A stretch of 64,000 nt of DNA from Perna viridis. Taxonomy: Eukaryota. Positions within the stretch are counted from its first letter, which is position 1, and each line of letters starts with the position of its first letter. Shown one piece after another: positions 1-12,872 of this stretch. The stretch covers positions 21,638,001 to 21,702,000 of the forward strand of contig CM074511.1 of NCBI GenBank assembly GCA_037379345.1. The letters are read 5' to 3'. Made by a program: the position numbers and the translations under genes. The notes beneath the pieces are model-generated. The model did no database searches and was not told the origin of the DNA. It was given only the letters and a program-made list of their open reading frames with translations.

Positions 1-734
1 TGAAACAAAATCACAATGATTACGAATGTCTTCAATTCTACTCATGATCTGGGGACAAAGGTCACTAAAAAATTACCACCCAGCAGTAAGATATCACGCA
101 GCAACCGTTAACAGAGTGCAACATCCTACAGTTGACTATGCCAATGTGGCCAACCTCTTTTCTATCTGTCTAGTTTCTGTGTTATATTCAGGTGACTGAG
201 AGGGGCTTTAGTAGGCACTATCTGATCAAGACCTATTTTACGAACAAACTCAAGGTTTCATCAATCATTTCTCTAAAGATCTGTCTCTATCCTTCTGATT
301 TGAGGAGTTTTAGGTTGAAGAGGGCTTTTGAGGTGTGGTGTTTGGCAAATGACAGGAGGATTTTCTGTTATTAGTTGAGTGTCAGATCATACCATAATAG
401 TAGCTTATGTCAAATAGTAGCTATTTTTAGACTGAATGCATCAAAGCTTTGTCATGATGTAAACAAAATTCTATTTTACTATTTTTCTAATAGTAACTAT
501 TTTATTTTATTAAGTAACACACGTAGAAAATAATAGTTATTTTGTTGTAATATTTATTGTATTTATTGTTATGCCTGTACCTATAAACTTAAAATGAATA
601 TATTAAGAGTGTTTATGTATTTAGTTAATGTTACTACTGACTATTTACAAAATTCTGCTGCCCATAATATGTCGTTTGTGCTCAATGAAAAAGTGACTAA
701 AGCCCTCAAAAACCTAGCTAAAACCCTGTACTTG

Positions 735-1670
735 TTCTTAAACGATACCAAAATATATACATGTAAATAAATTAAAAATCAAAGTGATAGAGATAATCCA
801 CAATCAGACCTAGATAACCTAGTTATAAATGTACAAGATTGGTTAGGACAAATGGCTGTTGAAAAATTTAACCCCAACAAATGCAAGACAATGTCCATTT
901 CAGGAAAACAAATGCCATAATAAGAGGTGGGATGTACCACCTGTACAACAACTCAGGAAGTCAGGTCCCTCTAGATCAATCAAATGGTGAAAAGGACATT
1001 GGAGTAATGGTAGACAATTGATTAAATTTCTTCAAACATAAACAACAAAGCCAACAGAACAATGGGCCTAATAAAGAGAATATACAATACCGATAGATAA
1101 ATAAAGTTCAACTAGCTGTTTGGAATTTATATACAGCCTGTGACATAGAAAGCATTAAAATGTGCAAAGAAGAGCCACAAAACTTATTCCCTCATTAAAG
1201 GACCTAGAGTAATCAGAAAGACTTTAGAAACTAAATATGCCTTCATTGAAATACAGAAGGCTAAGAGGGGATATGATAGGAACCTAAAAGATACTGACAG
1301 TGAAGTGAAGTATAATGAAGAGGTAGCATCACAAATGCTACTGCATGATGATAATACCAAGACAAGGGGTCACAACAAAAAACTGAAGAGGCAAAGTAGG
1401 CTCAACATTAGGAAATATGCTTTCAAGAACAGGGTGGTAGACCCATGGAACAACTTCCCTGAGAGTGTTGTAAATGCAAAAACATTGGTAGAATTCTAAA
1501 TTGGCCTAGATAAACACTGGAAAAATCAACCTGTGACATACAACCATTGCCAGAAACAAATCCAGATTCAAAACTAAGGAAGTTGCGGGAAAATAAGCAA
1601 CACTGTCATTTTTAAGAGATATGGATACAGGGCTACAACCCTGCGTCCACTACAGCTCCTATGGTAACTT
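735..1670 (+). mobile_element. Decayed 3' portion of a CR1-group non-LTR retrotransposon (RT C-terminus and 3' UTR), antisense in CAPZA intron 1
   Basis: Frameshifted translation gives CR1-type motifs: DTKIY (~744), QSDLD, FNPNKCK, EKDIGV, KANRTMGLIKR, VQRRATKLIPSLKDL, MPSLKYRRLRGDMI, TRGHNKKL...LNIRKYAFKNRVVDPWNNFPESVVNA (ORF 1305-1499). A stem-loop lies at 1622-1649 near the 3' end. Many stops and frameshifts. Confidence 0.85.
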
Positions 1671-2371
1671 TGGATAAAACTTGTGAAAAAGTGATTTAAT
1701 AAGTCAGAGATAACAAAATATAACACATTATTCACCATGTTCTTAAAATATGCACCCAAAATAACTCTTTGGTTAACATAAGTAGAAATAATCAATAATG
1801 GAGGAGGGATAGAAAACTTCCTTATTTGATGAAAAATCCTGACCCAATAAACATAAATTCTTCTATATTCAACAACTAATGTGTCATCAGTTTGGAAAAA
1901 GCAGCGAATGTTAGATGTAAAACATCATTGCATAGAGAAAAAAAAAATTGCAAAAATAAACTACTGATCCTGTCAGAATAATATCCCTGTTTAAATAATT
2001 GTGTTCTCTACATGTATAAATGTACATTGCAGATGACAACTATTTGTCAAATAAGACATTCTATTTCACAACAACTCAAAACACCAAACATACTAAATAT
2101 GACACAGTAGAGTTTAGAACAGTACAACACAATGACTGGTCAGTATTTTAAATGCTGTTTTCTTGTAAATGTATAATTAAAGAAAACAATACACGGTCTA
2201 ACAATAACAAAGCGGAAGTGATCAGAAACTTCAATTATACGTCTCGGTTTCATAGTTTAACTATGGAAGCTTAGCGTAAAATAAATGGACACTTCAGTTC
2301 CATCAAGTTACTTTAATTACTGCATACTAAAATTGCTTTTATGTCTGATTTGAGCATGTAATAATGTTTAC

Positions 2372-2410
2372 CTTTTCCGTATCGGAAATCGGCTCGCCAT
2401 AGTCAGCCAT
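2372..2410 (-). CDS. CAPZA: F-actin capping protein subunit alpha, first coding exon (MADYGEPISDTEK)
   Basis: Minus strand ATGGCTGACTATGGCGAGCCGATTTCCGATACGGAAAAG followed by a GTAAAC donor, with AAAC-ATG-G start context. The 13-codon phase-0 exon resembles the vertebrate CAPZA first exon (MADF...VSDEEK|). It lies in a CpG-rich zone. I did not find exon 2 (…HAPPGEFNEVFN) within 1-2371. Confidence 0.8.
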
Positions 2411-2900
2411 GTTTTCGATTTGTCACGCCTTCTTGTCTACGGAACTATGGGTAATTTGGGGACAATACTCTACAACAGTTGACAAGTAGTTTCAGGTGTA
2501 AATATTGCGAATAGTCAGTGACTTTGCTTCACCAAAAAATGTTGGAAATATCCTCAATTTGGGTCAAATCCCGAAAAAATAATCTTCTCGGGCACCTGCT
2601 TCCGGGTCAAGGTCGAGATGAATAATAGTATTTTTAGTCAAGTCGTCCATTATATAATTCATCCCTCATCTCATTGTGATTTTTAATTTGAACAATTTAT
2701 ACTCTTCATACTTGGTTAAACTGATGAATTAATAATAACATATTTTTTTCTTTTATCCGACAACTGAGATTTTGTTGAAAAGGCTGACTCCAGATTGAAT
2801 ATGTTTTTTGTCAATCACAACTTTGGGACGGCTTGTCATGATTTCGAATTATCTTATAACCGATGATTTTTTTTTCAGGAGAACACAGCAACGATTTTAT
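2411..2900. promoter_or_regulatory. Putative bidirectional promoter between CAPZA (-) and DYRK2 (+)
   Basis: Local CpG enrichment over ~2200-3200 against a CpG-poor background, an ETS-type CTTCCGG at ~2599-2605 and GCGGAAGT at ~2212, directly upstream of the CAPZA ATG. Transcription start sites cannot be placed from sequence. Confidence 0.55.
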
Positions 2901-3139
2901 TTTTTATCTTATTTTAATGCAAATTTATCAGAAAATACTTATATCTAAACTTGAATTTGTCAAATTGTCAAATAAAGCAAATTCTCTCTAATGATATTTT
3001 GTATTACAAAGATATGAAAATCTAATTTCCTACTTTTATTTAAATTGTGCCCGGTCTTTGGACACTTTTTTCCTTCCGAGACATGAGAGCTTCATTGACA
3101 ACGATTTTTCTTTGTTATTTCAACCGAAGGATGTGAAAG

Positions 3140-3268
3140 ATGACAGACCGACCATTGCACGCAAATGTTAAAAATCCTGTTATATTGACAATCAGTGATT
3201 CAAAATCCGATTTTCATTCAGGATGTAAAGTAATAGATGTAAACTTCCCAAATATAACCAACCCAGAG
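3140..3268 (+). CDS. DYRK2: Putative DYRK2 coding exon 1 (MTDRPLHANVKNPVILTISDSKSDFHSGCKVIDVNFPNITNPE)
   Basis: AAAG-ATG start at the end of the CpG-rich 5' region; 43 open codons end at GAG|GTATAA (phase 0), compatible with the phase-0 exon at 13410. Alternative phase-0 donors at 3230 and 3239. No homology evidence. Confidence 0.4.
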
Positions 3269-3332
3269 GTATAAACTGACATTACAATTTACAATAGCTC
3301 TTTAATAACTATGTACAAATGTAACTTTTTGA

Positions 3333-3527
3333 CAGGGGCAGGTCCAGGTGAGGGCGCAATTGGCGTACCCCCTTTTTTAAAGAAAAAAACTATTGTAATC
3401 TGCTTACTATTGTTTTGAATATGGCAATCAATCATACTCATTCATTAAACATGTCATTATCTGGTTTCCTTTTGTACTGAGTCTTGTAATTATGCCTCCC
3501 TGTCATAAAATCCTGGATCAACCCCAG
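3333..3527. mobile_element. Degenerate MITE with CAGGGGC.G.TCCAGG-type terminal inverted repeats
   Basis: caggggcaggtccagg (3333-3348) is an imperfect inverted repeat of cctggatcaaccccag (3512-3527). Confidence 0.5.
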
Positions 3528-3671
3528 GTTGGGCTCAGAACAAGGTTATGATATACTTGGAATATCAGAAAAAGCAGCAGTAACATAAAATTAATGTTAT
3601 TTGAAAAACAATCTCATTCTTACATGTATCTGGAAATTCCTGAGTTATGGTATAGTGGGATAACTCATTAC

Positions 3672-5056
3672 CAGTGTTCTCCCCAGGCCCTTAAAGTGCT
3701 ACGCTTTACAGCGCTATCGACTTCGAGCACTGCACTATTGACCTCAGTACTGTGCTATCTTGCTACCAGGTCTGTGCTATAAAGTTTAATGTGTGGAATA
3801 AAAACCAATATGGCAGGAAACGTGTGCTGCAAGGTCATTTACAGCATTCTATAAGGTAATCAGATCAATCAATAGCTGTAAATTGGCTGTGGTATGTTGA
3901 TCTCCCATGACCGCATAATTATGACATTGCTGACGAGATTCTTAGTCACCCCACCTGGCCATTTATTTTAAGGGAAGTGTCAATCAGATTCAGATATCTA
4001 TGTACTGAGCCAATCAAACTAACTATGGTCACAGGTAACTCAACCCTTGACCAAAAGCATGTGGCTATTTATAAATGCAAGGTAGAATGTTGCACAATCA
4101 CAAGATGTTTTCATATAAAAAAATGTCTAAAATTCACAAAATAATATTTATTTCATCAGATATTTCCCAACACTTTGAAAAGTAACAGGAAATGGCTGCC
4201 TTATGTTAACATTGCCATGTCCTTCAACTCTCAAGAACATGTTTTTTTGGCAGGAAAATCAATTAAGAAATAGATAGTAAAATTCCCCAAGTCTAAAAAT
4301 AATACCGCAGGCATGATGAATGAATATGGACTCAAGTCATGACTCAAAGATTGTAGATTGGGTTTCTGTCATGAATAATTCATGTTAATAATAATGATTA
4401 AAAAACAAACAAAAAACAAAACATAAGAACTAGTGTGTCAACTTAACAAGAATAAGATTTATGTTTTTTTCCTGATAACTATGTTTGCTCCAAACTACTG
4501 ACTTCCTAAAAAACTGACATTTTTAGGAACATGAATTTTAAGACCAGAGTAGTCTAGTACATGTACATGATTAAAAAATTCTATATCCATAAATACATTG
4601 AAAGTTTCAAAGACTAGAAAAGATTCTTTAATAGAGAATTCCCTTAATTGAAAAGAGGCTCCTAAACAACTGAAAGATTGTTATCTCCAATGGGTCTGAT
4701 GTCAGCAAAAATTTTCAGGTCAACATCTATAAAGAACCATGGCTGTGTAGGTTTCAGAGGAAATGTTTATGAAGAATTAATTATCGTTTGATAGAATATC
4801 TTTTTTAATTTTTGTGTTAAATATAAAAAAGAAAAAAAAAAACAGTATTATAGATATTATTACTTCAAGTTCAATGGTATAATATTTAGCTATGAAAAAT
4901 TCATATAAACATAAACAGTGAAGTACATTTTGAATACACAGATCATTTTTAAAATAATAGATAAAATTTGATGTGGCACTTTTCAACATGGGATCTTTTA
5001 ATTTTGTGTCACACACGCTAATACAACGCTATCAGAAAATCCTGGGGAGAACACTG
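3672..5056. mobile_element. Non-autonomous hAT-like DNA transposon (~1.4 kb)
   Basis: Perfect 16-bp TIRs CAGTGTTCTCCCCAGG (3672-3687) and CCTGGGGAGAACACTG (5041-5056); clustered subterminal (C/T)GCTA motifs at both ends; flanks ctcattac / ctttac suggest a degraded TSD; no transposase ORF. Confidence 0.8.
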
Positions 5057-5606
5057 CTTTACTGGTGTTCATTAAAAATTCCAAAGAATAATTGATGGAC
5101 ATTTTTTTCTATATATGTAGCTTTAATATTCTTCGATTAAATGTAAAAAAAATTATTATGATTGTAAATATTGACCTACTTAAAGAACAGATGAATGACA
5201 AGGGGCATCCAGCGTCATTTTCTGTTTTTGTTTAACCTGGTGCTGGTGCAAAGGTGAAATTCTTGGTAATGCATGCATTTAATTATCATCAGATTAAATT
5301 TAGGAATGTCTCTCATATCGCAGACCATTACCCGGTTATCATTTTTTTTTTATTTTATTGTAGGTTGAAAATCAATATCAAGATTTTTAGGGTATACAGT
5401 AAAAATCACAATGGTGAACTTATAAAATGAATAATTAACCATATATGGAATGTTGAGTAGATTTGAATATATTAGTAAATATCTCTTCACCTGACCCTGA
5501 TGATGTATGATCCACACCTGCAGGCCTGTGTTCTATGTTACAAAAAAATCCAAATTTTAATTGCGTTGGAAACAGGTTAAACCAGTATACCAGGAAATGT
5601 ATATTA

Positions 5607-5840
5607 CAGTGACTGGTCACTCCTAACAAAGTCTATATAATGTATGGTTGTACCCCCAAAAAATTGTGCCTCCCCAGTCCTTATACTGGGTAAGCTTAAA
5701 GAATGTGAATAATATTTGACTAATGCAAAAAAGAAAAAATAGGAAAAAAGGGAAAGGGAAATTATTCAGGGTTTTAGTTATTTAAATTCAAGAATTAACA
5801 ACTTGATAATGACAAAGTTACGATGAAAATGCTGAGGAAG
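5607..5840 (+). repeat. Dispersed repeat, copy 1 (TA-CAGTG start, Tc1/mariner-like end)
   Basis: Aligns by eye with 15745-15953 (shared acaaagtctatataatgtat, tgtgcctccccagt, ataatgacaaagtta.gatgaaaat). Confidence 0.7.
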
Positions 5841-6608
5841 GATGTGTTTTGAAAAACTTAAAAAAATAAAAATGTCAAAATTTACCTGTTTAAATCAATA
5901 ATTACTTATTGATTATCAGTAAATTAGTGAAATTCGTCAACTTCCAACTGTTAATATTTCAAAGTCATTATAAAGTGCAATGAAAATAGTCATTTTAAAG
6001 GATTTCTTTAATCTTTTAATAGTCCTTTTTCATACATTTGTACTTGTGGAATGCAAGCCATTTTAGCAAGTTTTTTAAAGAGCGGGAAGAACAGGAAACA
6101 TTTTTCTTTGAAACTTAAACTATTTACACTTCAGTAAGTAGCTATATAGTTTGAAATATATTATTTACAAGTATTTAAGTGCTTTCTGCAGCTACAATAA
6201 GTCAAATATTTGAGTACCAAAACCATTTTTAGTAGGAGTTGACAGTGGTTGTGAAGGCAAAAGTTGAATAATTTTTTGTCTAAGATCGACACTATAAATA
6301 GAAGATAATTTTTCAATGATCAAAAAATTTGAAATGAGAAAATTGTGATGTTTTCTTGACTAAAAAAAGCTGCATGTTTCCTGCTTCAACTTGCAGATCC
6401 TTGATTGTCTAGAGGTTGTGGGTCAGCTGCATTATTTTTTTTAGCTCAGCTACTCAGAAGTTTTCCCAAACCATATGCAGCAAGAATTGACAGTGGTTGT
6501 GAAGATAAAAATTATTTTTGTTTAGTAATCTAATACATCATGGATGTTGCAGTTGGTTTTGTCTCTAATAATCAAAATAATGTGTATAGGAGAATGGGGA
6601 CTTCTATT

Positions 6609-6702
6609 GCTGTTCTCAATACATTATAGAATAATGCTGATGTAAGTAACACAGTGCTAAGATATACTGTTATGCTGGCAATATCAGCTGGGGAGAACAC
6701 TA
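6609..6702. mobile_element. Short relic of the 3672-5056 hAT family
   Basis: ctggggagaacact at 6688-6701 matches the right TIR of that element; degenerate left end tgctgttctc at ~6609. Confidence 0.5.
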
Positions 6703-7955
6703 TTACTTCTGTATACAATTTTCAAGCAAACAGGTAATTAATTACTTGTAAGATAATTGATAAACTTTAATGATATGTACATAATATGTGAATATGGACA
6801 TTGTAATTTAGGACAGTGATTACGAAAGGTTGTTTGCATTTTGTTGTTTTGCATTTGTCTTGGTATTTTTTCATAGTACATGTACTTATGATAAAAATAC
6901 ATTTATGTTATTATATTTTCAGAATAACAATCCTCTATCAGTTTCAGTATGTGAAAGGGTAAATTGTGCAACTCACAGTGCAAGGATGTATATGTTGGAT
7001 TTTTATTTGCAGATTGAAAATTGCTTTTTATTTATCACAATGATATTGGTTGTCACCTTTTTCAACATTTTTGTTTAATATTTTTTTCAGCATATTCACC
7101 ATTGCAATTAAGCAGCAGTGCATTATTTCTCTAACTCATTTTTCATTCTGATACATCATGCAATATATAATTGATGACAACTGTTTTGGTGTTATCCCTG
7201 TCAGAAAGTCCAATTATGTACAATAGTTCGTAAAACTTTTTGTTTTAAATCAACTGCATAAAATTATCAATGAAAAAATATGCACTTGTACATACTTTTT
7301 TGATATCATACCTATTACTACTAAGGTGTTTCATTGCATTCTAACATGACTATAGCAAAATGCAAATAAGAAAAAAAGTACGATAATTTACATTTCTAAT
7401 GAAACATATTTATTATATTTATTTGGATACTAGTATTTATTATCATTTATTACTTAAATCAAGCTTGACCATGTGAAATTAATTTTACTTTATTGTTTTT
7501 ATATTGTTATTTTCATTTCACTCTTAAATTCTTTTCAGTTTATGAATACTTTCTTACAAAGAAGTAAAAGACTTAGTGAGAATCAGGCAAAATAGGAAAT
7601 ACCTAAAACATGTCAAAAACCCACCAATCTGCCAATGAACTTTCATTTAAGAAATCTCCTCTATATGAAATGTTCACTTTTTAATCTCTGCTTCACTGGA
7701 TACATTTGGACATTTTTCATAAGAATATTAGAAAATGAAGGTTTTTGACAGAGTTATATGCCCTTGATATGTTCATTTGCAGTACATTTCAGTGATATTG
7801 TAACTCATTTGACCAAAATGCCATGAACAATTTTGTCTTTATTTCTTGATTTTTATGGTACAAATACATGTAGTCAAATTACAAGTTAAAGATGTGAGTT
7901 ATTAAGATCAAGTCTCTTCCACTCCCTGATTCTTACTAAGACTGATGCTTATGCA

Positions 7956-8301
7956 TTAGGCCAAGTAAACTTAAATGATAGATTTTCATTCAACCTTCCC
8001 AAAAAATATAGAATGAATGGGAGGATTTTATTTTTTATTTTTTAATTACTTTCCAGGTATTTGCTAGCCTAATTTTAGCTATTTGAGTATAGATATGTTC
8101 TAAATTCATGGCCTCATCAGTTTCAGAGAAGAAACATGTCAGCCACCAAGAAGTGAAAGATTTGTGTGTTGTAATACCTCAATACTATAAACGGACATGA
8201 AAAAAGTCCTGATTTAAAAATTCCTGTCCAAATTTTTTTTTGGTCAATTTTTTAGTGGCGAAAGGGGATGAAAATCAATTTATTAATTTTATTTTGCCTA
8301 A
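7956..8301. mobile_element. MITE with TTAGGC... inverted termini
   Basis: Left end ttaggccaagtaaacttaa matches the reverse complement of the right end, ttaggcaaaataaaattaa. Confidence 0.5.
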
Positions 8302-9689
8302 AAAGTTTGTAAATATTGTTTTAAAATTAGACTAGAAAAAATCCACATGATTGTAAATTTTAGTCTTGCAACTTGATTTGAGTGAACAAAATTTAATGAC
8401 TTTACTGAAGTGATTTAAGTTTAGTTGAAAAAGGTGAAAATGTATTGTCCATTTGATGTCCATGGTGTTGGGATTGTATTTACATGATGATATAACCAAC
8501 TAATACATTACATTTGGAATGGGTGAACATTATGTTTTATTAACACGGTATACATTGCAAAGAGGCAGACAATGCTGTGTGCCCACCTGTTTGAAAAAAT
8601 TGTCTTATTTATATAATATTTTTTTAATATTGCTTAGGCACACTAGCTCATCCAAAACATCTGGTCCTGACATTTGTCTTTGCCGGTTCTAGTAATTAAT
8701 CAAACAGATAAAGTATGTCACACATCTATTTGAAGTCTAGAGTTCATATTTTTTTTTTGTATGAAAGTAACTTTTCCTAAAAAAATAAAATAATTTTAAG
8801 TAAATTTATTTGCAAAATTAAGAAATTAAAGCTGTAGCGATTTAAGCAACCTGAGCTATTCATGACATAGTTAAAGTCAAACAAAATTTTAATCTAATTT
8901 TATTGGATTTTATACTGTGCACTTTTTAAATTTTGGATGTTGGTGTAAGACATGCACTTCTCTTTTGATATTTTAATAAGTTTCTAGTGGTAGTCTTGTA
9001 ATTCCTTAGTTTATTTACACACCCTAAAAAGAAACCCAACAAATGGCTGTGTGACTCCAGAATAGTATACATATACATTTGTACATGTACAGTTAAACTG
9101 TTAAAACATTTAATGTTGATTTGTTATCTATGCAATATGTTGTTCTCCATTTATTTTCAATTACTTTTTTGTCTTTGTTTAACAAGGAGTAATAAAATTT
9201 TGCAATTTTTTAGATTGGAGAAATTCACTTTAAAAACACTTATACAGCATTGATAACAATTAGGGCAAAATATAAGGCACCACCAGAGAATGGAGAAGGT
9301 TCAGGTATGTTTGCATTTGACAGAGTTATCAAACATTTTTTCAATACAATAATGTGATATGTTTAACCATGTAAAATCTTGCAAAAACATATGTTCTGAT
9401 TGTGTCTCTTCTTGCAATGTGTATAGACTTAGTAATTTTTTTATACGAGGTACTATGTGATACCTTCCTAAAGTTGCATGTCCCTCCATCTGTCTGTCCA
9501 TCCCCAGAAGGTTTCTAGGTGAGAACTTGAGAAGAGATCAATAAAACTTTGCACACTATTTAGATACCATAAAATACAGGATAAATACACTTTTCAGCAA
9601 TTTTCAAGTTAAGCCATTTTGAACATTTGCCATCCCCCTTTTTTCTCCATTATGTGGCAGGGTATCACTTAATGTTTCATTAATGCCCT

Positions 9690-10200
9690 ATTTTTATACA
9701 ACTGCAAAAAAATAAATTTCAGTTGTATAAAATGAAGTTATTTTTGGGGGGGGTATATTGGTTTGTCCGTCCGTCTGTCAGTGTCTGTCTGCAAATATTT
9801 TCTAAGCAGCTTGCAGCATTGTTGTGAAACTTTGTGAAATGTAATACATTTGTATAACCACATGGAGATGTACATACTGTCAGGAATTTAAGTTTGGGTA
9901 AAAATTGTAAAAATGACAGCTGATGGAGTTGGTCTAATGCGTTGTCCGCAGCTTCTCCTCAATGACTTGCAGGATTGTTATGAAACTTGATAGAGTGCTG
10001 ATATGTGCATGTTGTCAGGAATGTATGTTTGGGCAAAAATTGTAGAATTGATGCTGCTGGGTTTAATTGTTTTTTCAGCAAATCTTGGTTTGATGCATTG
10101 TCTGCAGCTCCTCCTCAAGGAATTGCAGGATTGTAATAAAACTCAACAGAGTGTTAGATTGCCATATTGCGGTAGGCATATTGTCAGGATTTAATGGTTA
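9690..10200 (+). mobile_element. Helentron-like non-autonomous element (HINE/DINE-1 type) with internal 156-bp tandem repeats
   Basis: T-rich start and a GTCC/GTCT microsatellite (9765-9790), then three diverged units anchored by ttgcag.attgt at 9811, 9967 and 10123 (period 156). Family assignment rests on architecture only. Confidence 0.6.
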
Positions 10201-11601
10201 CAGTAAATTTGTAGTCATTTTATGTTATTGTGTTGTCAACAACAACACGAAAAACTACAGATTTCTGTTTGTAGTTAGGTGTTTAAGAATGGCAGCAAAA
10301 TTGTGTGTCAAAAGTGCTTAGTCTATCCCCATAAAAATTAAGTCCAATATGAAAAGTGTGTCCACAATGGTCCCCTAATGTACTGGGTTCAACAGGCTGA
10401 GGAGTATTAGCCCCCATAGAGGCATTGTTTAATTTATTTTGGTTCGATTTTGAATATTTTTTGTATTGGATTCCTTTAAAAAATCCCTGCCTGCCTGTTT
10501 CAATCAGATTTCAGATATCTCTTACCATGTTTGTGTAAAAATGGGTCTGCCACTTGAAAGTGGTCATTTTGGCTACTTTTTGCTTGACGTGGGGTTCGAC
10601 AGGAGCAAGACAGGAACCAAAGCACATTTATCCCACAGCTTGTACTCTGTGAAAGCCACTGAAGCCAAATAAGGTTCATTACTGTCATGAGTGGGAGGTT
10701 AGAAGTCCTCTGAAGGGTCACTGGTATGAAAAATGAGGATTTTTTTCCCAATCTTTGCCTTCAGGTTGGCCTAAAACTGGAAGTAGTTAATACATGGGGT
10801 GACATAGTTATGGTGGTGAGAGACATCATTCTTATTTAGATTTCAGGCAAAATAAAGAACCATGGATTAATTCGGCTGTGGCAAGGGGTCAAGAAATGAG
10901 CCCTACTCCTTAAAAAATCTCACTTTTTGGGCATAGGAAACTCATAACCTATTTTTCAGCTCTAAAGTCATTATTTTTTAACAAACTCTATATAAGGTGG
11001 CCTCATTTTAAAGTAGTCATGCTGCTTGCAGATGGAAACAAATTGTGCTTTCCTAAACTAATATTTACACTGCAAGAACCAATAAAGCTGACACAGGGCC
11101 AAGCCTGGATATATAAGGGCCCAGCAAAACAAAGGTTAACTGGCTTATTTAATGGTAAATATTATATAGACATTTTTAGCTTCATCTCACTGTCAAAAAC
11201 TATACACAAATTTTGATGTCCTTTTAAAAAGGTGAAGCTAAATGGAAGACATGCCTGAGAAGATACAGACTGATGCCCAACCCACACATGGAAGAAGGAT
11301 CCCAGGATTACTTTTGTCTTGGGAGAAAACATGTGAGATTCATCATATTTTCAATGATATATCATTTCTATTCGTTGTAGTAGAGATTTTTTTCTGAAAT
11401 TTTAATTTGTATAAACAATGATAAATTTAAGAATGATGGAAGTAACTTGATGGGTATTTTGTAACTGACACCTTCACTGATCTATCTTATTTTAAATATG
11501 TAATTTCTACTAAATACACACTATATGATGTAATAGTGCATAAATATCTAGCATTATTTCATTTGTCAAAACATTACTAAGAAGCAGTAAAATACCTTCA
11601 T

Positions 11602-11647
11602 GTAGTACTGTATACATATGAGCGGTAGTACTGTATACATATGAGCA
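11602..11647. repeat. 23-bp tandem duplication
   Basis: gtagtactgtatacatatgagc occurs twice head-to-tail. Confidence 0.85.
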
Positions 11648-12872
11648 GTTATTTTTGTGATTACTTAATATTATTTCTATTTCCATGGTAGATGTCAGTA
11701 CACTAAAAAAGACCACATTAATTATACTTCCAAATAATATATTATTCCTCCTTATTCAATACATGTACATATATGTGGATTATTTTGGAATTGCAAAAAC
11801 TTTATTACAATTTTTGTATGCAAAAATAAATTCCTTTTTACACCAAAATTGTGAAATGTTTCACCACATAAAAAAATACTTAAATGTATGTATTAAGTGA
11901 TAGTTTGTGCAATATTCGTGTCTTTATCTATTTTTTTGTTTTTGTTCAGTTTATAACAGATCTATCCAATGTCATCCAGTTACGTGTTATACTTCAACAG
12001 CCATCATCTGTGTGGAAAGATTTTAAAATAGAAGAACTAAAGCTGTACAGACCATCAGATGTAAACTATTTTTTTGCCTTATAGTTGCAACAATATTAAA
12101 ATTGGGCCATTAGACATAAGTTATTGAGGATAGCACACATGATAAAAAAGCTCCTCTTTTCATATACTGTACTTTTGAGGTAAATATACAATACACACAT
12201 TGCCCTAAAATATCAAATTTATTTGTACAAGCTTTAGAATCATTTCAGATTGTAAGAGTTTTCTGAGTGATTCTGATTGTTTTGCAGCGAGTAAAAATAT
12301 ATTTGATATTTTCAGGCGATGTACATGTATTGTATATTTACCTCAAAAGTACATTGTTTTTATCCTGCAATTGTGAAAAAATCTAAAATATACCCAAGAA
12401 AAAGATGATAAGTCACATCACTTTATATCATCTCTTGAATGCAGATGTATTAGGAAGCACCCCAAAACTGGTAACATGTTTTCTGCACTAGCTGTTCCTC
12501 AAAATGAGAATGGTAAACAGGAGACAATATTATGCTACTATATGAATACAGCATTGGTTTATTTGACACACTGTATTTATAAAGTAGGAAGCTTAGTTGC
12601 AGGATAAATTATGATATACCACTGACTATTCTCTTGAAAACATAAACCAAAAAAAAAATTGTTATTGTAATGATTTTTTCTTTTATCAATTATTTCCTTA
12701 GGAGGATTGTGGTTTTAACGCAAATAAATGAGAAAATGTGCAGTAGTGTAGAATTCAACTTTGTTGAAAATGTCTTGGATTCTTGATCACTGGAGATTGT
12801 TGTATCATGTTCTTCACTGCAGCTATTTGTTTATCGAAGTATATTGTATCATTTTATATTCAAAGAAGAATC

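Noticed and set aside
1-400. GC-richer block as CAPZA exon 2 or another gene
   Set aside because: No HAPPGEFNEV-like translation on the minus strand and no recognisable motif; probably a repeat remnant.
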